Shown here one piece after another: positions 36,031 to 49,335 of a stretch of DNA of 64,000 nucleotides. The notes beneath the pieces are model-generated. The model saw only the letters and a list, made by a program, of their open reading frames with translations, did not search any database and was not told the origin of the DNA. The position numbers and the translations under genes were made by a program. Numbering within the stretch: position 1 is the stretch's first letter; each line of letters starts with the position of its first letter. This DNA comes from Lama glama (taxonomy: Eukaryota): assembly GCA_028534125.1 (NCBI GenBank), contig CM052817.1:97590001-97654000 (forward strand), in the 5' to 3' direction.

Positions 36031-37555
36031 ATAAGTAGATGATATGAAGAAGGAGATGGTCACTGTTTGGATGTAAATTAATGGCTTTGAAGACCAATTT
36101 GAATAAACAGTTAAAGCATACAAGTAAAATTATGAAGAGTTTGAAATCAAAAGGAAGAAGAAGTCTTGTATAACGGATTCAGTACATCTATCATAAAAAA
36201 TAGGCATTTTAGAAGGATATATAACAGATAGAGAGAATTAATAACTAAACAAATAATAGAAGAATTTTCCCTAAGTTGAAGATTTGAATGCCATATTGGG
36301 GAGAAAAGACACACATACAGGCATATCCTTATAAAATTATAAAAACCTAAGCATAAAGACAAAATGTTACAAATTTTCAAACCAAAGAACAATTTTTTAC
36401 AAAATAAAATGAATTAGAATATCATAAATCATCTATCTGAAATACCAGAAGGCATAAGATGGTAGAATAATATCTATAGACTGCAGAAAGAAAGGGGTTG
36501 TAACTCAAGAGTTTTCTGTTCAACCTAAGTATCATTCACTGCTAGGGAGGAAGAAAAATATTTGAAGATGTCCAGTAAAGCATATATAAAGGATTCTGAA
36601 GAAAAGCGAAAAATTGAAGAGAGACATTGAAGTAGGGGAAGTGATGAGGAAATTAAACAGTGATGAGCATAAAACCTTGTTATATATACATTATGGACAT
36701 CTAAGTGGATCCACTTGCTAGAATTCTACAGAATAAATCTAAATAATAATCTAGAACTAAAGATACTCAATTATCTCAGCAAAACTGGAAATTGAGAAAG
36801 GAGTCTTAGCTTATCAGTGCAGAGAAGAAGTACAAGGGAAATTAAATTTGATAGGATATGGTAATTATCTTATTTTTGAATAATATTAGAGAAATATAGA
36901 TCTGATAACGAACACAGGGAAAGGAAAGTTCATCATTAATATGATAGAATAATCTGGCAGAATTTTGAAGTTAATAAGGGGGGAAGTGGAAAGAACAAGT
37001 AGTAGATAAACAAAAAATAATAAAGAAAACTGGAAAGTAAGTAGTAAAATGAATGAAATATATAAAAACATTATACTAGGTGTGAACAAACAGAATTTAT
37101 TTATTATATTTTTTTTTCAAGAAATACTATAAACTGAGTGATTAAGAAAGATCGGAAATTAGAAAAGATCTTAAAATGTTGATAGAAAAATATCTAGGAA
37201 TTGTCAACAAATATACAAGTAAGAAAAGTAGTGATAGTGGACTTGCCTTATCAGACAGAAGAACAGACTATAAAGGCACTCTAATCAAAGCAATATTGTG
37301 TTGGTATATGAATAGGCATATAGATCAGAGAATAAAATACAGAATCCAAATATGTTATATTATATACAGAGATTTACTGCGTAACAAAAGTGGTAGCTTT
37401 TGGTGAGAAGTAAATGGATTACTTAATGAAGGACAATGGTGATAGTCTTGGAAAAAAATAAATTGGATATTTCTCTTCAACTTATACATAACTAAATCTC
37501 AAATCAATTAAAGATTAATGAATAAACAATAAAATAACAATAACCCTAAAAAATC
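36030..37555 (+). mobile_element. Decayed L1/HAL1-like ORF1 and ORF2-end fragments
   Basis: aaataatagaagaattttccctaagttgaag (ORF1-like); ORF 37176..37406 GLALSDRRTDYKGTLIKAILCWYMNRHIDQ (ORF2-like). Confidence 0.6.
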
Positions 37556-38965
37556 TATACATGCTAAGAGACAGGAAAATGAGACTTATAATTAAGAGAG
37601 CAAACAGTACAACCAACCAATGATTCAGATACTAGAATTAGCAGATAAGGACCTAAACAAAACTGTTTTGAGGATGCTAAAAAAAAATACATGAAAAAAA
37701 TTAAAAGGTAGATATCTTAACAAAGAATTAGAGATTATAAAAAGAATTAAGTGGACATTCTGGAACTAAAAAATACAATATTTGAAATTAAGAACTCATT
37801 GGATTGGATTAACTGTAGGCTGGACACAAACTCAGAAGTAAGTCAAATGAATTATGGGAAAACAACAAGTGGAAAGAAAGAGAACAGAGTATATAAGAGA
37901 CATATGGGGTCCATTCAAATGACTTGACATTCATGTAATTATAGTCTCAAAGGTAGAGAAGGAAGAGTACTGGGCAAAGCAATATTTTACAACTAATAGT
38001 AAAGAATTTTTTGAAAACTGATGAAAGACATCAACTTACAGATTAAAGGAGCTTAGTGAACCCTAAGCAGAAAAAATACAAAGAAAATCACAGGTAGGTA
38101 CATCATATTCAAACTGCTAAAAAACAAAGATAATGGGAAAAAAATCTTAAAGTCAGCTGGGCAGGTATACATTGCTTTTAAAAGAAGAAAAACAAAACTG
38201 ATGGCTGAGTTTTCAAAAGTATTGTAGAAATCAGAAAATAATAAAGCTACATTCTTTTAAATGTCAGAAGAAAAACTGCCCATTGTGAATTCTACATTCA
38301 GTTAAAACACCTTTCAGAAATGAAGCACATACTCACTGTGAAAACCTGATCCTCTAAGATCAGCAGCAAGACAGGGATGCTCCCTCTCATCACTTTTATT
38401 CAACATAGTATTGAAAATCGTAGCCAGAGCAATTTGGCAAGAAAATAAATGCAATTAATTCAAATCAGAAAGGAAGAAGTAAAACTGTCACTATCTGCAG
38501 ATGACATTATGTATAGAAAATCCTAAAGAATTTACCCAAAACCTGTCAGAACCAATAAATAAATTCAATAAAATTACAGGATACAAAATCAATATAAAAA
38601 TCTGTTGCATATCTATATACTAATAAGAAACAAAAGTTTATATTGTTAAAGTGTCTATACTACCCAAAGCAATCTACAGATTCAATGCAATCCCTATGAA
38701 AATTCCTATGGCATCTTTCACAGTAATAGAACAAACAATTGTAAAATTCATATGGAACCACAAAAGATCTGGAATAGCCAAAGCAATCTGGAGAAAGAAG
38801 AAAACTGGAGGCAAATTATTTTTCTAACTATATTACAAAGTGATAGTGATCAAAACAATATGGTATTGGCATTAAAAATCAAACACATAACACATAGATT
38901 AATGGAACAGAATATAAAGCGCATGTACAGTCAATTAATTTACAATAAAGGAGCCAAGAATATAC

Positions 38966-39771
38966 CATAGTCAACCCTTATTTGTAGTTTTGCTTTCCAA
39001 GGTTTTAGTTACTCATGGTCAACCAAGGTCTGAAAATATTAAACAAAAAATTTCAGAAATAAACAATTCATAAATTCTATATTGCACGCCATTCTGAGTA
39101 CTATAATGAAATCTTACACCATCCCGCCTGAGATGTGAGTCATCCTTTTGCCCAGTGTATCCACATTGCATATGCTACCTGCCCATTAGTCACTTAGTAG
39201 CTGTCTTGGTTATAAGGTCTACTGTGGTGGTACTGCAGTGCTTGTGTTCAAGTTATCCTTACTTTACTTAATAATGGCCCCTAAGTGCAAGAGCAGTCAT
39301 GCTTGAAATTTGAATATTCTCTCACTGTGCCTAATTGTTAAATTAAACTATATTACAGATATGCACATATAAGAAAAAACATAGTGTATACAGGCATATC
39401 TTGTTTTATTGTGCTTTGCGGATACTGTGCTTTTTACAAATTGAAGGTTTGTGGCAACTCTGTGTTGTCAGATGATGGTTAGTGTTTTTTAACAATAAAG
39501 TATTTTTAAATTAAGGTACATACATTTTTTAGACATAATAATATTGCATACTTAATAGACTACAGTATAATGTAAACATAACTTTTATATGTACTGGGAA
39601 ACCAGAAACTTTGTGACTCTTTACTGTGATATTCACTTTATTGTAGTGGTCTGGAACTGAACCTGTAATAGCTCCAAGGTATGCCTGTGCAGGGTTTGGT
39701 ACTATTTATGGTTTCAGGTATCCATTGGGGGTCTTGAACCATATTGCCTGTAGGTAAGGGAGGGACTACTG
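38966..39771 (+). mobile_element. MER44 (Tigger7-derived) element
   Basis: catagtcaacccttat...ggtcaaccaaggtctgaaaatattaa...ggtttcaggtatccattgggggtcttgaa...gggactactg; inserted next to TA. Confidence 0.85.
39391..39687 (+). mobile_element. Short Tigger1 deletion derivative (Tigger1a_Art-like) inserted in MER44
   Basis: TIRs caggcatatcttg / caaggtatgcctg. Tigger1 motifs ttttacaaattgaaggtttgtggcaac and cttaatagactacagtata. Flanks TA / TG (mutated TA). Confidence 0.88.
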
Positions 39772-40662
39772 TACAATGGGGAAATGGCAGTATCTTCAAT
39801 AAATGGTGCTGGGAAAACTGGACACTATCATGCAAAAGAATAAAACTGGAATATTATCTTACACTATAAATAATAATTAACTCAAAATGTATTACAGAAT
39901 TAAGCATAAGACCTGAAATCATAAAATTCCTAGAAGAAAACATACACTGTAAGCTCCCTGATATCAGTCTTGGCAGCAATTTTTTTGGACTTGACATCAA
40001 AAGCAAAGGCAACAAAAATAAAAGAAAACAAGTGGGACTACATCAAACTAAAAAGCTTTGGGCACAGCAAAGAAAACCATCAACAAAATGAAAAGGCAAT
40101 CTAGGAAATGAGAGAAAATATATGCAAATCATATATCTGATAAGGGAATAATATCCAAAGTGTATAAAGAACTAAAATAACTCAGCAGCAAGAAACCAAA
40201 CAATTAAAAAATGAGCAGAGGGTCTAAATAGACATCTTCCTAAAGAAGAAATACAGAGGCCAATAGGTATATGAAAGGTACTCAACATCACTAATCATCA
40301 GGGAAATGTGAATAAAAACCAGAATGAGATTTTATCTCACACCTCTTAGAATAAATATTTTAAAAAAGATAAGAAATAACAAGTGTTGGAGAGGCTGTGG
40401 AGAAAAGGCAACCTTGTGTATTGTTGGTAGGAATGTAAATTGGTATAGCCACTATGGAAAACAGTATGGAAGTTTCTCAAAAAATTAAAAATAGAGCTAC
40501 TGTATGATCCAGCAATTCCATTTCTGGGAACGTATCCAAAGAAAACAAAAACACTAACTTGAAAAGATATCTACACCCCCATTGAAGCTTTATTTATAAA
40601 AGCTAAGATATCAAAGCAAACTAAGTATTCATTGATGGATGAAAGGGTAAAGAAGTTGTGAG

Positions 40663-40744
40663 ACACACACACACACACACACATACACACACACACACAC
40701 ATATACATACACACACGGTGAAAAGTGTATATATATATATATAT
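40663..40744 (+). repeat. Compound (CA)n / (TA)n microsatellite
   Basis: Interrupted CA run at 40663-40716 and TA run at ~40728-40744. Confidence 0.93.
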
Positions 40745-42832
40745 AGCAATATTATTCAGCCATAAAAAGAATGAAATATTGCCATTTGCAACAACATAAA
40801 TGGATCTTGAGTGTATTATGCTAAGTGAAGCAAGTCAGATACAGAAGAACATACTGTGTAGTCTTACTTCTGTGTGGAACCTAAAAACAAACAAACCAAA
40901 CTCATAGAGAGAACAAATCGGTGATCGAGGAGTTGTCAAAATGAGTCAAGGTGGTTAACAGGTACAAAATTCCAGATAGAATATAAATAAGTCATGGTGA
41001 CTTAATGTACATGGTGACTTAATATAAATAAGTCATGGTGACTTAAAATAAGAAGTATGTATTGTATATATGAAAGTTGCTAAGACAGTAAATCTTAAAT
41101 ATTGTCATCATAAGAAAAAATTGTAAGTATAAGTGATAACAGATGGTAACTAGACTTATTGTAATTATTTTGCAATACATACAAATATTGAATCATGATG
41201 TTGTACACATGAAACTAACATGTTATATGTCACTTATATCTCAGTTAAAAGAAGATAGTAAAATAAAAATATTCTCAGACCAAAAAAAAAAAAAAAGCTG
41301 AGGAAACTTGTTGCTAGTACACAGTAAGAAATAGTAAATAAAGGCATTTAAGTTGGGTAAAAGCCATCTCAGAGAAGAATATAGAGTAAATTTAAGGTAA
41401 TCTCAGATGGAAGCAATGAAGTGAAATGTAGCATGAAGAGTACTAGAACTGTAAATGTGTAAATAAATATAAAAGAATATTAACTGTTTAATATAAAAAT
41501 GATAATGTCTTGTGGTGCTTTTAGCACATCTAGAAATATCATAACAATAACACAAAAGATGGGAGGGGTTAAATATTATCACATTACTTCAATGTTCTTG
41601 TACCATTTGGGAAATGCTAAAAGTATCAACTTAAGTAAGACTATATATAATAAGTTAAGCATCCATATTTTAACTCTAGGATAAACACTAAAAGAAAAAA
41701 TACAAAATGTTATAACTACATTCTAGTAAAATAGATAACAGAAAAATGTAAAAAGTTGTTGGTTGACACTATACAAGGCAGGAAAGGAGAAATAAAGGAA
41801 AAAAGCACCATTGGGATAAATAGAAAACAGCACTTAAATGAACAATACCAAAACTTACGTGAAATGTAAACAGTCAGAAACTCTAGTTAAAAGACAAAGA
41901 TTATTAGACTGTATTTTAAGAAAATCAAGACTCAGTTGTATCCTATTTATGAGATAAACTTGAAATATAAGAACATGACAGGCGGAAGGTGAAAGGATAC
42001 AGAAACATGTAACATGAAACACTAACTCACAGAAACTAGGGAGACTATATTCATACCAGAAAATGTAGGCTTTAAGGCAAAAAGTAGATTTTATAATAAA
42101 AAGAAGAAGAAAATATAATTCTAAAATTGTATGCAGATAGTAAGATAGTTTTAAGTTTCAGTAATCAAAAATTGGCAGAAATGGAGGAAGAAACAGATAA
42201 ATTCACATAGTTTAAGATAAGACAAGTGGAAAAAATTAGTAAAGATACATAAGATTTAAACAGCATGATTAGCCAGCTTTGCATAATTGAGTAAGAAAGA
42301 GCACACCAACATTTTAAGTGGCCGTGGAACATTGAACAAAAATTAGCGTACACTGAGTCATGAAAAAATTCTTAAGAAATACCAAAGGATTGAAAATATA
42401 ACAGAGTATGTTCTCCTTCCAGATTGGAAGTAAGCTAGAAATCAATAGAAGAAGTATAGCTAAAAATCTCCAAAAATTAAGAAAGTTCAAATTTCAAAGC
42501 AATACATTTCAATATATTTCATTGTGCCAAATAGGAAAACCCAATTGAAATGATAGAATACTTTGAACTGAATAACAATGAAAATATGACATACTTGAAC
42601 TTATAGGACACAGATAAAGCAGCTTTTAAAGGAAAGATTTTAGCTTTAAATGTATGTATTAGAAGAAAGAAGACTGAGAATCTAAAATCAAACTTTTATT
42701 TCAAGGTGCTAGAAAAAGAAATGTCAATTAAACACAAAGAAAGTGATAAGGAGGATATATGAATAGAAAAAGAAAACGAACTGAAGTGGAAAGCAAAGGT
42801 ATGGTCAAGAATATTGACAAAGCCGAAAGCTG

Positions 42833-43414
42833 TATGATGATTAAAGTGTCAATTTAACTGGGCCACTGGATGCCCAGATACTTAGGTAACCTTAATTCTG
42901 TGTGTGTCTGTGAGTGATGTTTTTAGATGAGATTAACATTTGAATCAGTAGATGGAATAAAGCAAATTGCCTTTCTCAGAGTTGGCGTGCCTTAAATTTT
43001 GTAAAAGCCTTGAAAGAACAAAAAGGCTAAATAATACAGTATTCCTTCCCCCTCTCTCTGACAGTATTCAAGCTGGGACATCCCACCTTCACACTTGGAC
43101 TCAGACTGGACCTAACATCATCAGTTCTTCTGCTTCTCAGTGTTTTGGACTCAGACTAGAGCTATATCATCAGTTCTCCTTGGTCTCAAGATTGCTGACT
43201 GCAGATATTGGAACTTCCCAGCCTCTGTAATCATGGGAGTCAGTGCCTACTGTTTCTGTTTCTCTGGAGAACTCTGATTAAATTTTGGTAACAAGAGTGG
43301 TTTTTCTTGGGATGCCATGCAGCCTTTATAATCTAGTAAGTCGATTTCTTATAATAAATCTCTTTGTATTTTCCCTTATTTGTTCTGCATTTCTGGAGAA
43401 CCCTGGTGAGAACA
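42833..43414 (+). mobile_element. MLT2-family (ERVL) LTR structure with a duplicated LTR 3' end
   Basis: Start tatgatgattaaagtgtcaatttaactgggcc...gatgcccagata. End ttctggagaaccctg...aca. 5-bp TSD AGCTG (42828-42832) / AGTTG (43415-43419). Confidence 0.88.
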
Positions 43415-44763
43415 AGTTGCATTGTTGAATATTTCAGTAAAATTTCATTAACGTCTAGCAAGATTGATCAAGAAATAAAAAGAAATAAAACAACAATTAT
43501 TACTAGAAATAAAAAGTTTTTGTCATCACACATTTAGTAAATATGACATTAAATTAAAATATAAAAAAAGCATATTTTGTACAACTCTTTAAACAATAAA
43601 TTAAAAACTTAAAATGAAATGGAAACATACCTTGAAAAACATAACTTACCAAAACTGACATAAGAAGTAATTGAACTATATCAATCATTTTTATCTGTTA
43701 AAAGAAATTGAATCCTTCCCACAAAGAAAACTCCAAGAAGAGAATGGCCTCACTGGTGAATACTCCCAAACATTTAAAGAAAAAAAAATCAATCTAACAT
43801 AAACTCTTTCAGAGATTTTAGAAAGAGATAACATTTGTTTTATGAGACCAACATAATCCCAAGACTTGAAAATAACACTAAAAAAAAAAAGGGTAGAATT
43901 AGAGGCTTATATCTCTTATGAAAATAGATGTGAATTCTTAAACATAGGATTAGCAAATTGAATCCATTAAATGTGAAAAGGATAATACATCATGACTGAG
44001 TAGTGAGGTTTATTCAAGAAATGTCAGTTTATCATTAAAAAAATCAACCAATTAAAAAAACAATCTAATTCATCACATTAACAGAATGAAAAAAGTCATC
44101 TTAATACATATAGAAAAAAACATTTGGTAAGATTCAACCCATATTCATAATAAGAACTCACAGGAAACTGAGTACAAAGAAGCATCCTTGACCTGATAAA
44201 AAGCATATGTAGAAAATGTACACCTAAGCACATAATTTGTATTAAATATAGAATGCTTCCCCCTCATTGAGTTTGGGAAGAAGACAGGATAGCCATTAAG
44301 ACCATTTCTACTCAGCATTATTCTGGAAGTCATATCCAGGAAAAAAGAACAAGAGAAAGAAACTGAAGGGCAAATACTAGAAAGAAAGGGTTAAAACTAT
44401 TGTTTTTTTTGATGACATGAATATATATGTAAAAAACCCTAATGTATCTGAAAAATTCTAAATTTAATATTTGAATTTAGCAAGGTCTTTTGATGCAATA
44501 TAAAATTATTTATTATTTATTATAAAATATATATAAATGTATTTGTGTTTCTAATATATTTCTAGTAATGGATAATAAACATTAAACAGCACCAAAAATC
44601 ATTAAAGTCTTTGGAAATAAGTTAGCAATGTGAAACATGTGCAAGAGCTCTACGTTGGAAGCTACAAAATATTTTTAAAGAAATTAAGGAAGATCTAAAT
44701 AACTAGAATAATATAGCATTCTCACGGAATGGATGGCTCAATGTATTGGAGATGTTAATTATT

Positions 44764-47700
44764 GGAGGAGATCAAGATGGCAGACTTGAAGGTTGCAGAA
44801 CTTATCTATCATCACAAATACATCAAAAATATGTCCATATGTAGAACAAGTCTCACTGAAAACTGGAGGCTGGCAGAACTACTTCAGCTATTGTATTCTT
44901 CAGTTCTGGAATAGACTAGTTATTTTTTACACCTTCTAGTTCCTTGTTAAAATTCTTACTGTGTCCATCTATTCTTTTCCCTAATTCACTTAGCATTCTT
45001 ATTACTAACTCTTTATCTGGCAAATTGTTTCTGTTTCAATGGTTGTTTTTTCAAGGGTTTTCTCTTTTCTTTCAATTGAGACCAATTCCTTTGTCTTCTT
45101 ACTTTGCTTAACTCTGTCTCTATGAAATTAGGTGAGACAGTTACCTATTGCAGTCTTGAAGTAGTGAACTTATGTGGGAGCATTCCTATGCAGCCTGTAT
45201 GTGCCCAGTGGCTTTGAAAACAACTGGAAAACAAGTAACAAAATGATAATAATTGTATACTTATCAATAATTACTCTAAATGTCAGTGGACTAAATACAC
45301 CAATCAAAAGACATAGAGTGGCTGATTGGATTAAAAATAAGTCCTACCTATATGCTGCTTATAGGAGACTCACTTCAGAGCTAAAGACACTCACAGTCCA
45401 AAAGTGAGGGGATGGCAAAAGATATTTCATGCAAATAGAAATGACAAGAAAGCAAGGGTAGCAATACTCATCAGACAAAAAAGGCTTTAAAATAAATCTA
45501 TAATAAAAGACAAAAAAGGGCATTATATAATGACAAAGGGGTCAATACCAGAAGAGGATATTACGATTATTAACATATATACACTCAATACAGTAGTACT
45601 TAATATATAAATAAAATATTAACAGACATAAAGAATGTTAACAGAATTGACAATAATACAATAATAATAGGGGAATTTAACACCCCAGTTGCATCAATGG
45701 ACAGATCATCCAGACAGAAAATCAATAAAGAAACAGTGGTCTTAAATGACACAACAGGCCAATTGAATGTAATACCTATGGGACATTCCATCTCAAAACA
45801 GCAGAATACACATTCTTTTCAAGTGCACATGGAACGTTCTCCAGGATAGATTACATGCTAGGTTATAAAACAAGTCTTGAAACTGTTAAGAGGATAGGAA
45901 TTATATCAATCATTTTTTCCAACCACAGTGGTATGAAACTAGAAAATAATTAAAGAAAAATGGGGACAGCATGAACATGTGGAGAATAAACAACATGCAT
46001 GAAAAAACCAATCGTCAACAATAAAATCAAAGAGGAAATCAGAAAATACCTTGAGACAAATAAAATGGAAACATAAATTTTCAAAATCTCTGTGATGCAG
46101 CAAAAACAATTCTAAGAGGGAAGTTTATAGCAGTACAGGCCAACCTAAAGAAACAAGAAAAATACAAATAAACAACCTAACCTACCATCTGAAGGAATTA
46201 GAAAAAAGAACAAAGGCCAGTCAGTAGAAGGAAGAATCTAATAAAGATAAGAGAGGAAATAAATAAAATAGAGACAAAAAATTAGAAAAGATCAATGAAA
46301 TCAAGAGCTGCTTTTTTTTTTAAAGATAAGCATAATTGATAAACCTTTAGTCAGGCTTATTAAGAAGACAGATGACACAACAAATAAAAAATAAATGAAA
46401 GAGGAGAAATAACAAGTAATACAACAGAAACACAAAAAATCTTAAGAGAATACTCTTAACAGTTATATGCCAACAAATTGTACAACCTGGAATAAATGAA
46501 CAAATTTCTAGAATTATACAACCTTCCTAGACTGAATCAGGAAGAAGTAGACAATTTGAACAGACCAATCACTAGTAGTGAAATTGAATTTGTAATAAAA
46601 CCTCCCAGCAAACTAAAGTCTAGGACTGGATGGCTTCACAGGGGAATTCTAACAAACATATAGAGAAGAGCTAATACCTATCCTTAAACTATTCCAAAAA
46701 ATTGAAGAGGATGAAAAACTTCCAAATTTATTTTATGAGGTCACCATTACCCTGATACCAAAACCAGACAAAGACACTATAAAAAATGAACATTACAGGC
46801 CAATATCTCTGATGAGTATAGAAGCAAAAACCCTCAAAAATATTAGCAAACCAAATTCAACTATATTTAAAAAGGATCATACACCACGATCATGTGGCAT
46901 TTATTCCAGAGAATGCAAGGTTGGCTCAACATTCAGAAATCAATCAGTGTGATACACCACATTAGCAAAAGAAAGGATAAAAAATGATCATCTCAGTAGA
47001 TCCAGAAAAAGCAACTGTCAAAACTCAACATCCACTTATGATAAAAACTCTCATAAAAGTGGGTATAGAGGGAACATATCTCAACATTATAAAGGCCATA
47101 TATTGACAAACCACAGCTAACATCATACTCATGGTAAAAAACTGAAAGCTTTTCCTCTAAAATAAGGAATAAGTCAAGGATACCCACTCTCACCACTCCC
47201 ATTTAAAATAGTATTATAAAGTCCTAGTCACAGTATTTGGACTAGAAAAAGAAATAAAAGGTATTCACATTGGAAGGGAAGAAATAAAACTGTCACTGTT
47301 TTCAGATCACATGATTCTGTATATATAGCAAGTTCTAAAGTCTCCACCAAAATACTATTAGAGTAAATGTATTCAGCAAAGCTGCAGGATAAAATATTAA
47401 TATACATAAATTTGTTACTTTTCTATATACTAATGATGAACTATTAGAAGGAGAAAGCAAGAATACAATGCAGTTCAAAATCACTTCAAAAAGAATAAAA
47501 TACTTAAGAATAAAATTTACCAATGTAAAAGACTTATGCTCTGAAAACTATAAAAAAAAGGTGGAATTTGAAGATGATACAAAGAAATCGAAAAATATTT
47601 TACATTCTTGGATTAGAAGAATTAGTATTATTAAAATGTCTATACTGCCTAAAGCAATCTACAGATTTAATGTAATTCCAATGAAAATACCCATGGCACT

Positions 47701-48859
47701 TTTTATAGAACTTGAATAAATAATGTAAAATTTGTATGGAACAAAAATAAATACCCCAAATTGCCAAAAAAATCCTGATAAAAAAGAACAAGTACTGAGC
47801 TGTCACAATTCCTGACTTCAGACTATACTACAAAGCTATATTCATCAAAACAGTATGGTACTGGAAAAAAAAAGACACAAAGATTAAAGAAACAAAATAG
47901 CCCAGAAATAAACCCATACAGCTATTGTGAACTAATCTATAGCAAATGAGGCAAGAATATGCAATGGAGAAAAGATAGTCTCTTCAACAAGTGGTGCTGG
48001 GAAAATTTTACAGCTACATGTAGAACAATGAGATTAGAATATTTTCTCACCTATACACAAAAATAAATTTAAAATAAATTAAAGACCTAAATGTAACAAT
48101 TGAAACCATAAAATTCCTAGACGTGAACTTAGGCAGAACACTCTTTGACATAAATCATAACAATATTTTTGATCTGTCTTCTAAGGCAAAAAAAAAAAGC
48201 AAAAATAAACAAATAGGAACTAATTAAACTTAAAAGCTTTTGCACAGCAAAGGAAACCATCAACAAAACAAAAAGAGAATATACTGAACTACTGAATGGG
48301 AGAAAATATTTGCAAATGATATGACTGATAAAGGGTTAATACCCAAAATATATAAATAGCTCATACAACTACACATCACAAAAATATCCTCATAAAAAAT
48401 TGGGTAGGAGATCTAAATTGACATTTTTCAAAAGAAGACGCACACATGACTAACAGGCACATGAAAAGATGTGACACATCACTAATCATTAGAGAAATGC
48501 AACTCAAAACCACAAAGAGATAACTCCTCACATCTGTCAGAATAGCTGTCATAAAAATCTATAAATAACAAATGTTGACCAGCATGTGGAGAAAAGAGAA
48601 CCTTTGTATACTGTTGGTGTGAATGTAGATTAGTGCAGCCACTATGGAAGACAGTATGCAAGTTCCTCAAAAGACTAAAAATAGAACTACTATATGATTC
48701 AGCAATTCCACTCCTGAGTATACATCTGTCAAAAATGAAAACACTAATTCAGAAAGATACATGAACCTCAGGCTTCATAGCAGCATTATTTACAATTGCC
48801 AAGATATGGAATAAATCTAAGTGTCCATCAAAAGATGAATGGATAAAGAGGGCATGATA

Positions 48860-48909
<50 letters not shown>

Positions 48910-49335
48910 AATATTATGCAGCCTTAAACATTAAATGAAATTCTGCCATTTGTAACAATGTGAATGGAGCTAGAGAGTATTATGCTTAGTGAAATAAGTC
49001 AGATAGAGAAAGACAAATACTCTATGTTATCACTTGTATGTGGAATCTAAAAAAGAAAAGAAATAAGTGTATATAACAAAACAGCAATAGACTTATAGCT
49101 ATAGTGAACAAACTAGTGGTTACCAGTGGGGAGAGGGAAGTTAGGAAAGGCAAGATGGGATTATGGGACACAAAATACTATGTATAAAGTAGATAAGCAA
49201 CAAGGATATATTATACAGCACAGAGGAATATAGGCATTGTTTCATAATAACATTTTATGGAGTATAATCTATAAAATTATTGAATTGCTTTGTTGTACAT
49301 CTGAAAGTAATATAATATTATAAGGTATTTTTAAG
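44764..49335 (+). mobile_element. Rearranged L1 with 5' UTR start, inverted block, full-span but disrupted ORF2 and 3' UTR
   Basis: ggaggagatcaagatggcag 5' start. ORF2 start YLSIITLNVSGLNTPIKRHRVADWIK (~45245). RT motif LSLFSDHMILY (~47290). 3' UTR to ~49335. Many stops and frameshifts. Confidence 0.92.
48864..48907 (+). repeat. (CA)n microsatellite
   Basis: About 22 perfect CA units. Confidence 0.97.

Larger units (their letters stand above)
38335..41250 (+). mobile_element. L1MA9-like 5'-truncated element split by MER44
   Basis: RT motif ctgtcactatctgcagatgacatt (LSLSADDI), ORF2 C-terminus, and 3' UTR tgaaagttgctaagacagtaaatcttaaa...tgttgtacacatgaaactaa. Confidence 0.85.

Noticed and set aside
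40980..41046. Short repeats (aatataaataagtcatggtgacttaa twice with a partial copy between)
   Set aside because: A local slippage duplication within an L1 3' UTR. There is no repeat-spacer array, so it is not CRISPR-like.
45245..48830. Potentially active L1 ORF2
   Set aside because: Many stops and frameshifts, and the catalytic FADD motif reads FSDH; non-functional.
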